The notes: generated by a model from the letters alone, not told the origin. A DNA stretch of 64,000 nt from Phoronis australis (GCA_002633005.1 NMRA01000018.1:941531-1005530); one strand, 5' to 3'; shown: positions 25,221-38,189, counted from the first letter of the stretch. Made by a program: numbers and translations.

Positions 25221-28054
25221 ATGACTTTTCCTGTAGCGGACGCTATTGTCTTACGGACGTTCGAAAACAATAGATTGTCGTAAATTCGGTTGTAGTTGGG
25301 CGATTTTGGCGATTCAAAAACTAAACATGAACACCATTTGACGAGAATTTCAGAAATGCTATTGGTTTATGTTCATATATGTTTTAACTTTATTTTTAAC
25401 AGCACAGCCCAGTCAGGCTAGATACGATCTTCTTGGAGATTAGAGCAATTATCGAACAAAAGAGTTCTGGCCCTCCAACCATAATGCCAGAATGGAGTTA
25501 ATCAGTCGTGTAGGATTTTGGCTACACGGGTCCTCTTTCCAACTTGTTGTTGGGCTATAGAATCGAACAAGCAACGGGAAAACGCCGTAATGACCTATAC
25601 TGAAACATGGTGAACGACACACGGAATTCGATCCGTGTGCGGTCATCACATCTCCACCACATGCACACTTCTTCCGTACCCTGAATTTGTTTGGGCTTAA
25701 GCCAGTGGATAGGGGTTTCCTTGATTTTGTTTACTTCGATCACTGCTTGTATAAATAAATTAAAACTGTTCACTGAAGTCAAAGTTGGTCGCCATACTAC
25801 GTAAAAGTACTGATGTTTCCCAGATTTCAACCAATTGGAATGATTGAATGTTATGACGTCGGTGTCATTACTTTAACCAATGAGAAGCCATGTTAAACAA
25901 CATTACACAGTGGTACCTTTGGAGGCATTGAACAGTTCTCACATGGATTTGCCTATCAGGACACACGTCAATGGACTTTTCACCCTTTTTTCACTCTGTC
26001 AAAAACTGCATGCGAATAAAGAAAAGTTTTGAGTCATTTCACATCACAAGCCCTACAGATGAGCATAAAAACTTTGTTCTCTCTTGTATTTTTGACCGTT
26101 TCACTCCCAGTGGAAACCAAGCTAGACTAAGAAAAATAAGGACAAAAAATGCAAAATCGTTACTTTTCACCCCAAAACCACCACTTCCCTGCCGATGCTC
26201 GACTAAAGTCAACATTAGATTCAGAAAGCAAATTTCCTACCGATTCCAAAAATGTGGTCCAAAAGTTCTGTCAACCGACTACTAGATTTTTTTTGCAAAT
26301 CTGGCTTGTTTGAGGGCTACCTGAAATCGCTGCCAATTTCTCAGTTGCTACACAGCAATCCACAACTGCAACAGGGGGCCACCATCTTGAAGAAGAGTGC
26401 AGCTACAGCCAAGAATGTGGCCTTTTTTAATTCTCGACATGTTCACAAATACAAGCAAACCACATTTACTTGGCCTACATGCAATACATAACTAAAAAAT
26501 GACCCCCAAGTCTGGCCTACCCCTAGATTTTAATAATTTGGGAGTGCAAATTGGCCGCGGCCGCAGTCTAGCTGTTCAGTGCCACCTTTCGTAGCACTGT
26601 GAAAGAGTATACGACTGCAGTCCAGTAGTCACTGGTGCCAGCCTCGACCCCAAACGTCAAGAAGGCGGTGATCATTCCGGTAATCGCCATTTGGAGGCTT
26701 AGGGAAGGGGCTGGTCGTCATGCATGTAATCTACAAATGTGAATGCTCATGTACAATATTACGCTACAATAAATTGCAGCAATGCCCGGTGGGCAGAGAT
26801 TACAAAACATATTTTAGTTTCCAAATCCTGTTGTTTTCCAATACTTACACCAAAATTCTCTATGCTGTGACATTTTTAATAGCCCTTAAAGGGTTAAAAG
26901 TAAAATCCGACTTCAAAACCCTACCTGAGTCCGAATTCTTTGGAAACTTTGATCGTACTGCGTAGGATCCACACACCTTTTCAAACATTTTGCTATGTAG
27001 GAAGGACGAGACAAACCATCCCCGTCCGGCTCAGAGCGGCGCGCATTGATTTACATGCATGTTCGTGTGTAGGCCTATTCAAATATACAAACAAAGAATT
27101 GCTAAAAGAAAGCGTTTATTTTCTATTCAGTATTTAAACTATGATCACGTGTCGTAATTACATACTGTGATTATCCTACAGTTTCTTGAGTTATATGATG
27201 TGAACATAACGCCTGTATGCACACATGGGTTCATTAGGTAACTACGCGGACTAGTCCCACGCGTGTATTCATAACATGCAGTTGCCTTATATAGGCACTG
27301 TACGAATTCAACGTACGCTGTAAAAAGCGTTGTCACCTTCCAGTCTTTTTTCAGTACAAAAGTCGTTGCATACTTGATAAATATTTCCCAAATCACTTTT
27401 AAATGTCACCGTCTTTGCAAACAAATAAAACATTTTGATGTGTTGAATTAATCATTAGTTATCGATTTATTCATACGCCACTGAACTTCTCAAGGGTTTT
27501 CCGTCTCCTTCGATTTGTTCCACTTAAACTGGTTTCTTTTTGCTGAATACGAAATCGCCAATAGCAACGCTAGCCTTGGTTCCAAACGTCTGGTTTACAG
27601 CGATTTGCATCGATAATACATGCAACAACTAAGCATGCACCAACTACAATGAACACACTACAGTTGCAGTTTCTTGATTGACAACCAAATCGTTGTCTGC
27701 TCATCTCCATTCCAGGTTATTAAAAAAACAAACAAAATATATAACCTGTAGTGTTTTGGGCCAGTTGTATTTGTTTTATAATATATATTGATATCGTTTA
27801 TCAACATTTACATACATGCAATACTTATATGTTAACTGCTGCGAAATCCTATCGAGAATTCATTTCATCTGGGGAATGTGCCAACGAGACCGAATGTCGA
27901 GTTGGGACATTCCCACATGAAATAAATTTGAGAAAGGATATCGCAGTAGTATTCCTATGTTTGTAGGATAACCTATTTATCCCATATATATGAACTCTTT
28001 TGCATCGCGGCGATATCTTGTTGTCATGTGTTTTGGCTTTTTGTTATATGACGT

Positions 28055-28093
<39 letters not shown>
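28055..28093. repeat. Compound microsatellite (CA)n(TA)n
   Basis: Directly visible. Confidence 0.95.
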
Positions 28094-30739
28094 GTCAAGC
28101 ATGCAAGATTATCTGAATATGTTATTCGCTTCGAAAGTTGTGAATTACAAACTTTAGAGCTAAATACATTTTGCTGAAATACAATACCTTTGGCTCACAA
28201 CTGTTCCATTTATTTCATGAAATCAATATCATTACTTAGCCCTACACGTGTCACCCTGAGCACGCGACCAAACAACCGCAAGGGGTAGACAGGGGTGGGA
28301 GTTGTTCGTCAAAAACTGGCGGATGCCGACCGTGAAGCAAACACGTACATGGTGCTGACCCTCTTGCTTCTCTTGGTAAGATCTGAACGGAAAATCGGCC
28401 ATCGTTTTGCCTACTATTTATCCAACATTCTCTGTTCTGTTGAAATAAACACGCCAACGGGATGTCTTTGAGATCTGACTGCATACGATGTTTCCTCGTT
28501 TTGGTGAGCTCAATTCTCAGTTGCCGACCTCAGAAATTTGCCAGATTGAGTGTCACGCCGGGCTCTGTGTAGTGTTAGCTTACGTGTTAAATGAGTTGTT
28601 ATTGATTCCGTCCGTGTATATGTATGCCATGGATTGTACCTCTGATGCGGCATAGGTCTTGGGTTTAAATGTTTTTCCAGCATCGTTTCCAGCTGAATTA
28701 AGTCTGGATCCTTTTTTCCAGCGTGGATGCGGCTGAAATACGTCGTTATATATCGTTTTTTCCCAGCGTCATCGGATACCAGCTGACTGGGATTCTTTTT
28801 TCTTTAAACAGTGAGGCGTAGATTTGACAATTAGTAAGTTAGTGGGCACAAACGTTATTTTTGGTCTATTTCAGGTATCAAAATGCATTAGAGGGGCCTG
28901 CTATAGCCTACAAGATTTTTCTATCCCTTGACGTAGTTTGTACTTGTTTCTATCCGTCAATTCAGACATTGAACCTGTCGGTTAATCATTAATCATTGGA
29001 AGCCATATCTGAGGGAGGACACCGAAGCTGCCTTCCAAGAAACTGAATCATCGGAAACAGTAACTCCTATCCCATAAATCGACTCTCCAACCTCACCCAC
29101 TAATCACCTGTGTGGCCGCCATTTTGCTAACGTAAGGTAGTAAGTTCCCGAGCATACTCACTCCCAAAACACTCAATTTCATACATTGTGCGCGCAATTT
29201 TGCGTGGTCTCATTTTTTGCCACTTTCTTGCCCTCCCTCTACAATGCTAAGTAAGTGTAACCTTTGTAAATTCACATGCCCATGCCATTTACAAAGCGCT
29301 ATGCCAACCGCATCCATAGCACTATCAACAAAACCGTTGTATACTTAAATCTTTTTCGTTTGAAATCCTGTTAATAAATTTAAAGCTACCTTTCCCCCAA
29401 TTTAGCTGAAAACGGAAATCGAATAAGGCCTTTACTCTCTTAAAATCGGTTTCGCAATATTCCATAACGTGATAGGATTCTATTTCCGTTATCCAACCAG
29501 AACATCGAAACCATTAATGACTCGAAAAAAACGCTTCAGATTTTATTCGGGTTGTCTATCTCTAAAATTTCGTATTGTCCACGACCAGAGTTATCGGCTC
29601 ACTTGGCACCAATTCAAGATCGGATGAGTGTTGTAATTCTTTTAATCCTCAAAGCGTTTCGGTTAAGAATTTAACATAGACAGCAACATAGCGGTGAAAT
29701 GTTGTTTTAATTTTCTGATGCAAGTGTCAGAACCAATATTACGTTCTCTTGACGTATTTTCTCTACCTTTTGATTTTGGTGCCGTAAGCTTATTTCTTTA
29801 CAGGTCAGTTTTTCTCTGGGTTCTGAATTTCCGTTCATCAATGAGCATGCATTAGCTAGTCAGGTTAATTAGTTTGTTTCGGTGGCGTGGGAATTCGTAT
29901 CGCCTCGTTCAGTGTGTTGTCGTGTGCAGGTGAATGCTTTTTCAGTGACCAATCGAAGCAACGGGCAATCAGGAAATAGAAATAAATAAAGCAACGCTGT
30001 AACACTGAACATGCTATAAAAGCGTAGGAAAATACTACAAAGACACCCACGATCCTCTTAGCCACCAAAGGCTCGCAGTTAGTTGTCGGGAGTTTTGTTC
30101 CGAATTATGAGTAATATTGTCTCGGGCTTTGTTTTGGCAGTATAACATTTCACGCCCAGTACAGTAAACTTGAACCAAAACAGGTCAACAGCATTCATTG
30201 ACGTAGCTAGAGGTCACTCAACAGGAGTCCAAACGCGAATGACAAATGTCCGTGAGAGAAATATATCCTAATAGATAACCGTTTACGAAGTTGTAGAATA
30301 TCTATAATAAAAGCTTCCATTAGATTGTGCAAGTTTTACATCTAGGATAAAAACTGAAATTTAGCATGTTTCAATAGGGTATTTATAAACTTTAACTTTG
30401 TTTAGTAGCCATTTCCTGATTTGGCGCCGGCGCCATGATGAAATTTGCAGTGTCACTAGATGACGTAAGGTTAGTTGGTGGACAGAATTCTTCATGTTCT
30501 TGTTTGTCGGTTTAACCATCATAGAACTGTCGGGTGCGGTGGGATATTCAAATGAATCACACAAAAATACCAAACCTATTCAAATGTTAGTGATCGAAAA
30601 AATAGTCAGTTTCGTCACTGTCAAGAACTATTCCCCGATAGCAAACAAGATTTAAAAATTGAGTCAACCAAAAGAATGTCGATTGTGACTGCCACACTCA
30701 ATTTGGATGGATATCATTAAACGGTTCGAGTTACATTAA

Positions 30740-32140
30740 GTTGAAACTTACTTGTAAACATGGTGGTATCTGCTACCCAGCGTCGTCGTCAGCTAGGAGT
30801 CCATCTTCATCGTGAGTTTCGACCTTGACCTAGAACCCTCTCCGATGGTAGGTCTCTGAAGGCTGATCAGACCTCCAGCCGACGCTGGGGTTGCCATTTG
30901 TTCTCACGCTGTAACCACAGCCACACGGTTGCTTCCTCCGCTGCTCTTACAGTAGACTTAAACATATCAGCTCGCCCTCTTGATGAAATGCCCAGTAGCT
31001 TCGTCATCCGCCACATGCTCCCAGCAATAAACCCTCGACATCCAACTTCTATGGGGAGACAGAAGCATTTCCAGCCATTCGCTGCACATTCCTGCGATAG
31101 CTCTGCGTACTTGAGTAGTTTCCTCTCGTGAGCCTCTTGCACCCTAGTCTCCCACGGCACCGTTAACTCGATCAAAGTCACTATCTTCTTGCTGTCTGCC
31201 CACAACACTATGTCTGGTCGTAACTGGGTTACTGCAATATGGCTTGGGAATGAACCCCTTGTTACCACATCCGTCACCATCTTCCAGTCGACAGCCATTC
31301 CTAGAATACCTGAATCACGCCTCTTAGTGGATACCCCGCCTTTGTTGAATTGAATGAGTGCTTTACCAGAGTTAGTCGCCTTCCTTCTCTCCAGATCTAA
31401 AACATGTGCAATACACTTGAGAATCTTATCATGGCGCCAAGTGTACTTCCCTGAGGTGAGAGCTTCTCTACAGCTGGATAGAACGTGTTCTAAGGTACAC
31501 CGCTTGCCACAGCCCCTGCAGCTGTCATCCTCAGTTTTGCCCCACGTTCGAAGATTTACAGGTGTTGGGAGAGTGTCATATATGGAACCAAGTAAAAAGC
31601 CCAATCTGAATTGGTCTGAAGACAGAAGGTCTTTACCAGTTATCCTTCTGCTGTTCACTCCTTCCCATGATGTCCATGCGCCCTGTTTCCTCAGTCCGAC
31701 CGCTTCAGCATACCTTCTCTCGTTCTCCTGGGATCTAACTTCGTCCAAAACCATTTTGCGCCTCTCTTTGCCCGTTGACAACTTCCACCTCTTCCCCGGA
31801 ACCATTCCCAATCCCTGTCTTCCATGGCAGACGGTTCCCACGATATCTTTATGCCGTAACCTGCTCTCTGCCTCTTCCACTGCTACAGCAGCCTTCCACT
31901 TTCTTCCAGAATCTACCGATAATTCACTCTCTCTGATCATCTCATCTCTCGAGTTCCGCAGAGTCAATAATGTTCTACACTTTATCATCTTGAACTCCTC
32001 CACAATCGATGTCACAGGCAGAGAAACTGCGCCTCCTTTGATGTATAAGCTGAGCCTTGCAAAACTTGGTGGGACACCCAACCACTTTCTTAACCATCTG
32101 CTCACCATCCTTTCCATTTTCTCTGCAGTTGAAATTGAGA
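30740..32140 (-). mobile_element. 5'-truncated restriction-like-endonuclease non-LTR retrotransposon (Hero-type), open reading frame plus 3' UTR
   Basis: Uninterrupted frame of more than 400 aa (stop at 30867): LRKWLGVP, GRQGLG, CRGCGKRCTLEHVLSSC (CCHC), YTWRHD, LRPDIVLW, LIELTVPWE, ERKLLKY, PIEVGCRGF. The RT core is absent. The 3' UTR begins tgatcagcc...gagggt...gaaac...gatga, resembling Hero 3' ends. Confidence 0.92.
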
Positions 32141-32205
32141 AATGACAATTGACACATAAGATAAGGTGTAATCTTATCACATATCTTATGTGTCAATTGT
32201 CATTT
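32140..32205. repeat. Perfect 24-bp inverted repeat with an 18-nt spacer at the retrotransposon 5' junction
   Basis: aaatgacaattgacacataagata (32140-32163) / tatcttatgtgtcaattgtcattt (32182-32205). Confidence 0.95.
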
Positions 32206-32512
32206 TGTGTTTGATTTTACTTTATTTCTGTTTTTGTTGACAAAGGAAGTTACTACATCCGAAAATTTCAAATTTCAGCTGATCCATTCTTGTTGTTTTA
32301 TTTACCGATTTATATTCTTCATTTCATGAAACAATAGTATCCTTGGGAGGATCTGGATCGCCTTATTTAGTTTCAGATATATTTTCTACGTTATGACATT
32401 TGCGAGTATGCGAAAAACGCTCTCGTGAAAATGTTATTCAGCTTATGATTTTAGTATCAAACTGCGAAGAAAATGAAGAGTATTCACTAAAAGCATTTTT
32501 AAATATTGAGGC

Positions 32513-32818
32513 ATGACTGGGAAGAAATTCAAAGGAGCTCCGTTTCTAACGCAAAAAGAACGCTTCGACTTAGTAGGAATTCATCCAAATCGTAAGCCTC
32601 CGGGGTCGAGCTGTTATGTAACTGACTGCAGAACGCTTCCACAGAAAAAAAGAACAGTGCGATTTAAAATGTCATCAAGAGATAGAAATCCGTTGCGAAA
32701 CAAAATTGAAGAGAAAATTGCAATTACTGAGCCGTGGAAACGAGCTCTCCATGACAAGGTGTTAGCCAAATTCCCCACGCTGTTATTCCGCGGTCAGCAC
32801 AGAGCGCGGGCTATTTTA
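32513..32818 (+). CDS. LEXM: Lymphocyte expansion molecule / ciliary microtubule-associated protein 2-like, exon 1
   Basis: MTGKKFKGAPFLTQKERFDLVGIHPNRK matches the LEXM/C1orf177 N-terminal KF.GAPF..Q..RFD...HPN motif. Donor TTA|GTAAGA at 32819, phase 0, 102 codons. Confidence 0.8.
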
Positions 32819-33235
32819 GTAAGAATTTTCGTTTTTTTGTTTCACACTCTTTCCGTCCTCACAGTTTGCAAATGAAATAGATTCACACGCTTTGTGTTAC
32901 ACGAGATGTCTACTTTTACAAAAAATAGGCTGCCGAGACTTCTGTAATGAAGCGTTGAAAAAGATCTTCTGATTGAATTCATTTGCATTTTATTAACGGT
33001 CTTTAAAGGGCAAGTTTTTGGAAAACCTCAGTCAAAAATTAAGGCATGTTATTTGTTAAAGTAAGAGAACATGAGAAAATGCCAGTAACAATGCCTGGCC
33101 TCTATGTATCTGGGCATGTGTATACAATCATTAATTTTGAGTAGAAAAGGCTATAACATGTTGTTCACTAAATGTTAGACGATGTAGATGTAATGATAAT
33201 ATACACTCAAGTTTGTTGCATTAACTTTCCTTTAG

Positions 33236-34153
33236 GCTAGTAAAGGTGGTCCGGGGAGTTACGAGTACAAAGATTTTATTCAGGACGCTAATTCAAAACC
33301 CGGCAGTAACCGTGGAATTTGTGCGACGCTTTCCCAAAGATTTGCGATTGATACCAGGTTAACAGTCCCAGGTCCTGGAACTTACGGCATAAAAGGAATT
33401 CCTGCTGCAGAGGTCGAAGAGAAGAACAGGAGATCTAAAGGCAACATAACCATAATGCAAGGGGCCTCTGGTGATAGGAGTCTTCCGGCTACGGGATGTC
33501 ACATTGGTCCGGGTACGTACAATCCAAAATTCACAAAGGAAGACAACAAAATGATTGCTTGGAGAAACCCTCATGATATATACTCGCCCAGCTACGAGGA
33601 CACTGAAAAGAGTAGCGACGGCAAAGGGCCTAAGACATGGCCTGGAAAATACGATATAAGGTCTTTCACTGACGACCTTGTCGACAAGCATGGGGTGCAA
33701 AAGGGCAGATTTTCCAAGAATGCCGAACAACACCCGAAGAAAGGTGTTAGGATTTATTGCAACACCTTGGCTCAGTGCCCTAAAGATCTTGCGTTTCCCG
33801 GACCCGGTGCTTACGAGCCTCAGTTCACCTTTTCGAAGCCAGCATCTGTGAAACCACCACCATTCCTGTTAGAGACGAGACGTGACGACAAGTGTTCGCA
33901 TGCATTCTTCGTCGGTCGCATGATTACCCCGCTTGGCCCAGGTCGGTATGATAAGGACCGATGGCAGAAGCAACAGCATAAGAACGGACACTGCAGTATT
34001 TTCAAATCCACTACGGCAAGAGATATGAAGGCATGGGAGAAAGCTTTATTTGAGACGCGTTTCCAAGGAAACGCCCACAGATTTGAAAATCACAAACACA
34101 ACGTTCCCGTACGTTTCTCGCTTTCGAAATGTAATTCTGTTAGGATTCAGTGA
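33236..34153 (+). CDS. LEXM: LEXM/CIMAP2-like, exon 2 (PGP/SHIPPO repeats); total protein about 407 aa
   Basis: Acceptor ctttcctttag at 33235. The frame is open from ASKGGPGSYEYKDF through KPGSNRGIC, VPGPGTYG, IGPGTY, WPGKY, PGPGAY and LGPGRY to TGA at 34153. Confidence 0.85.
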   Translation, partial: ASKGGPGSYEYKDFIQDANSKPGSNRGICATLSQRFAIDTRLTVPGPGTYGIKGIPAAEVEEKNRRSKGNITIMQGASGDRSLPATGCHIGPGTYNPKFTKEDNKMIAWRNPHDIYSPSYEDTEKSSDGKGPKTWPGKYDIRSFTDDLVDKHGVQKGRFSKNAEQHPKKGVRIYCNTLAQCPKDLAFPGPGAYEPQFTFSKPASVKPPPFLLETRRDDKCSHAFFVGRMITPLGPGRYDKDRWQKQQHKNGHCSIFKSTTARDMKAWEKALFETRFQGNAHRFENHKHNVPVRFSLSKCNSVRIQ

Positions 34154-36890
34154 CCATGTGTCACTATTCGTGGACTACAGATTTCAAAGAAACTTGTTTT
34201 ATTTTCTCGGCGATGTTATGCAGACGCAAGACAAGCACGCAGCCTTCCGGATGTAATTCTTTAGTCGAAACTGAATTTGAAATTATGGCATTTTCCATTA
34301 TGCTTTCATGAGAACCCAAGAAAATGACATTTCATTCTGTGTTCGGGTACCTTATGGTTTACGTAGATGACTGTCAAGTTCTACTTTCCTGGCACTAGCT
34401 CAGAAGCTCAAATCCGAGTCTAAACTTGAAAGCCGGCGTTACTCGAAATTGAGTTCTTACTAGAGTTTGTAGATCCAACCAAGGGGTCATCAAGTGCGAA
34501 ATTAGACTAACATGCTCATCTGCGTAATTAAGCCACAATTTACTCGACACAGTGGCAGAACAATAGAAACTTATCTTGAGCATTAAAGTACGAGCAGAAA
34601 ATGTCAACAAGATAGTCGATTACGAAGATAAGACCCAGGGTGCTGTGACCGGTTTCATAAAACAGTTGCAATAGGGACTCGGCTATGGTTCTCTATATTT
34701 GCAGCCGCGACTCATTAACCATATATTTTCTATAACTTAATCTTAATAGTTTCCTCTTTTGCTTGTGTTATTGCATTAGACCCATGCTTTATGTCGAAAA
34801 ACGAGTTTTGATTCAGGTCACTAACCGATATAAAATTCGTCTTGCCTTACACTGTTCTTTTGGTCAGAAGTGATATCTGGGCTCGAGAAGCACGCTGTAT
34901 GAGCTGCGCTATCACTCAGACATTACGGTGTAGCACAGAGAAACGGCTGATGCCAAGACTGGCCAGATAATTTGTCTCTTGAGCTGAGGAACATAAAACT
35001 AGATGACGTTGCAGGGATCTACTTGTTGTTTCCCTAAACTCTTCTAAAAACACCTCGCTTGCGGTGCAACGATTTTGAAAATTCGACGACGGGTGACAAC
35101 TGCTTTTGAATTTCGAGAACAGTTACGATGGCTAGTTGCTTTTATTGTTATTCTTGAAACTTGTACGTTTTTACAGGCACACAGAGTTTACAATCGCATT
35201 GTTAACAATTTTAAAAGTCGTGTACAGTACACGTTGACCAGGTCGTCCGGCACCCGTGATTCATTGATACATCGACAGACGAGCTGAAACAAAGAGGTTA
35301 ATCTTACCACGTTTCAACATTCCAGCCGTGTTTAAACTGACAGCGCACGATTCACATTATGAGAACTGACAGTTATTTTTTCAGACCAAATTCATGAAAT
35401 GTCAGGTCTCGCCGTGACCTGAAATTTTACCAACTAAGTCTCATTGAAGACATCACGAACTTTCAATTCTTTCCAAGGCCAGACATCGCGCTTATTTCGA
35501 CTAAGGAACAATTTGGGACCAATATCATTAAAAAATGTTGCAGGAGTGATACCAAAATAGCATCGGACATGGGCAGGCCACAGGTCAGGCCCATTGTACA
35601 AAACACCTGCATTACAACTCATGAGAACCCACTTATGTAAATATAGTCATTTGATTCTTCCAGAGAATGGTTTCAGAACTCCGTCGCCAAGTAGGTCACA
35701 CTCATCTGCTACGGATGCTCGGTAACGTTGAAACAAGTTGGTGTCCACAGATGGCAGCGTCCACAACCACCACTGCTTTCGCTTGTCTGGTCATTTCACT
35801 TAACCTTCAACCCAGACGGATCAGTGATTCCCCAGAGTACGTCTGGTCATCTCACTTTCACTTTTGGAAAGATCCAGTGACTCCCCAAAACAATTGTCCG
35901 CGTCAGAAGTTGCTTCAACACACTGTGTGTAGAATCCCTAAAATGAGGGTAACACGATAAACGTCCAGACAAACGCCCGTCGCCGAGAAGGCTACATTCC
36001 TATGTCATTCATACTAGGTATTTCATAGACGTAGGTTGCCTAAATCAAAACTTGTTTTTAGCAAAAGGCAATGATTAAATGCTGTTGAAAACTAAGGCCG
36101 TATATTTTCAATGGAAATGGACTGGAGTCTTTCAATTAGGAATCTTGAATTAAAGGCCAAGAATTCAATACCAAGTTTAGTCTCCCCCTGTTATGAAATC
36201 TAAAATTTGACGTTGCAATGAAGATAAAATGTCAGAAAAACGACAATCACTGTTTTTTGTGCGTTGAAAATTTAAGGACTGTTTCGTGCAACCATGCTCT
36301 GGTCTCTCAACTCCTGCTACGAACGAGTAGATCACATTTACTACATGCAGCAAGCGTGGTACGTTCAATCTGGGAGTGACTCGGCGTCATGAAGTGGTGC
36401 AATAATGAAAGTTAACCAGAGCATAACTTTCAGATGCAGTGCAACCCGGCCCAAGAATCAGAAGATTGGGTTGGATGTAGTTAGCTTTCTGCTGTAAACC
36501 CGCTTTCCGTGAAAATGACTTTTGATTTAAACTGCTAACCGTTATAAAATTACTGGTCTCAACTCATAATTCCAAGCTCAGATGAGATGTAATAGATAAG
36601 CTTGTGACAGTTACTGCTTGAGATGAGGCTCAACAGGCGGATTGGCGCGCATTTTATGCTCCAAACATGGTCTCGAGTAGTAACTGTCACGTCTTTCCTG
36701 TAAGCACTGTAATCTTGTTTCATTATCTAAACCAGGAACGTGTGTCCAGTTTTATAGAGGCAGGCTGCCTAAATGAAAAGTTTGCTACTTTGACGAAAGC
36801 AACGATGGGTTTTAGCAGTTAAAATTATTTCCTGGGGATGTCCCGATTAAGTCCAGGAAGCTTCTGACTCTGAATTAGTGGCGTACGTTA

Positions 36891-37128
36891 CATGCGCGCA
36901 CCAACGGGGCTCACCTCATTTGGCGACTAAGTGGGCAAAATGGTCCGCCTTAGAGAAACAAAAAGTCCGAAAAAGTAGAAAATGATACAAAAGTCCACTA
37001 AAAAGGTCGGAATTCGGCGAATGCACAATTCATAGCTCTGAACGTGCCCCGTTCTTCTTTTAGTAAAAAGGTCCACAGGCTCAAAAGTTCGAGCCCCCCC
37101 CCCTCCTTTTTGGCTGGGTGCGCGCATG
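36891..37128. mobile_element. MITE nested in the terminus of an older AGTGGCGTA-type element
   Basis: TIRs catgcgcgcacc / ggtgcgcgcatg with a near-identical 5-bp flank (cgtta/cctta). It interrupts tagtggcgtac...aaggtggcggg...cacgcccttg (about 36876-37208). Confidence 0.7.
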
Positions 37129-37559
37129 CCTTAAAGGTGGCGGGAGGCAATCCGCCCCAGGTGGCACTTTTTAGGGCCCGGGTGCCACCCTAAACTATCA
37201 CGCCCTTGTCAACAGCTAAAAATGACAAAAACGCAGCACTTTTACCTTACGCAGACTTTTGGAAATAGTTCTAATTCATTGATTGCCACCCGCGACATCA
37301 TCCGTGGCTCTACCGCTGATGGTACTGAACACATAACGGGTTGGGTAACACGTATAAGTGCGGGTTTTGGTGGCAAAGGTTTGGCAACAATTTATTACGT
37401 GTTGTGACCATAATTTTCAACTGTCACTCCTTAGATTGTAGCAATTAACCCACGCATTATCACATGGTCAACAGAGTCATTTCCAACGTTGCTGTCTTCA
37501 GTTGTACAAGCCTTACTTCACGCTCAATATTCTAAATGCTAGAACTGGGGAATACACAG

Positions 37560-38150
37560 CGGAAATGTGGTCCAGCGGCTTTCAGCAAAGGAAAGCTAAA
37601 CATACAAAAACTGATATGATTGAAAAATTGTGGACTAATTTTTGAAATGTATTTAGGCAAGTGAATGCCAAGGAGAAAGTCTTCGAAAATATTAAATTAG
37701 AATTGGAAAGTGGTGACGAATCCAGATTGGACGATGGGGCTGAAGAGAAACAGTCATAGCGAGCCAAAGACTACATGTTCATTAAATCAAAGCTTTTTCA
37801 GTAACATATCAGCATAGGATAGTCCACTGTCGAGGCTACCCTCATATAGTGCGACCCACCCTGGAGCAGTGGTAATTTTAGAACTTATGACAATGTTACC
37901 TCAGTATGATTAGGTCTTGAAAGAGAATTTGGCGAGACTGGAGCAGTCTGAGATGAGACCTTCAGTTAATCCCATCTATCTCCTAAGATACAAAATGAAT
38001 TAATTAGCGTGCTGGCGGATCATGTCGCAAATATACTGAACGAAATTCAGTCAATCAAAACTACAAAATAATGTTCCACAGTACATATGACAAATCCGAC
38101 ACAAATTAAATGTCGGTAATCATCAGATACGTGAAAATTGACGGGTGTAT
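37560..38150 (+). mobile_element. hAT transposase remnant (ZMYM1-like/DUF4371 group), internally deleted
   Basis: SGFQQRKAK near 37574, SGNF/ELM near 37868, HLSPKIQNELISVLADHVANILNEIQ at 37973-38050, MSVIIRYV at 38110. Confidence 0.75.
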
Positions 38151-38189
38151 TCTTGAGAATAGGTTCGCCATTGGTCTCTAGAGGCATCG

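Noticed and set aside
26545-26710. GC-rich stretch with gccacctttcgtagc suggesting an HDV-like ribozyme or RTE 5' end
   Set aside because: I could not assemble the P1/P2/P1.1 double pseudoknot by eye.
31354-32145. 263-aa plus-strand ORF
   Set aside because: Antisense shadow of the retrotransposon ORF with no recognisable motifs.
30867-32180. Fanzor/TnpB-like RNA-guided nuclease
   Set aside because: The motifs are CCHC + RHD + PD-(D/E)xK of RLE retrotransposons, not RuvC.
32759-32760. Earlier donor AAG|GTGTTA for LEXM exon 1
   Set aside because: The downstream residues (LAKFPTLLFR...) continue the family pattern and the donor at 32819 (GTAAGA) is stronger.
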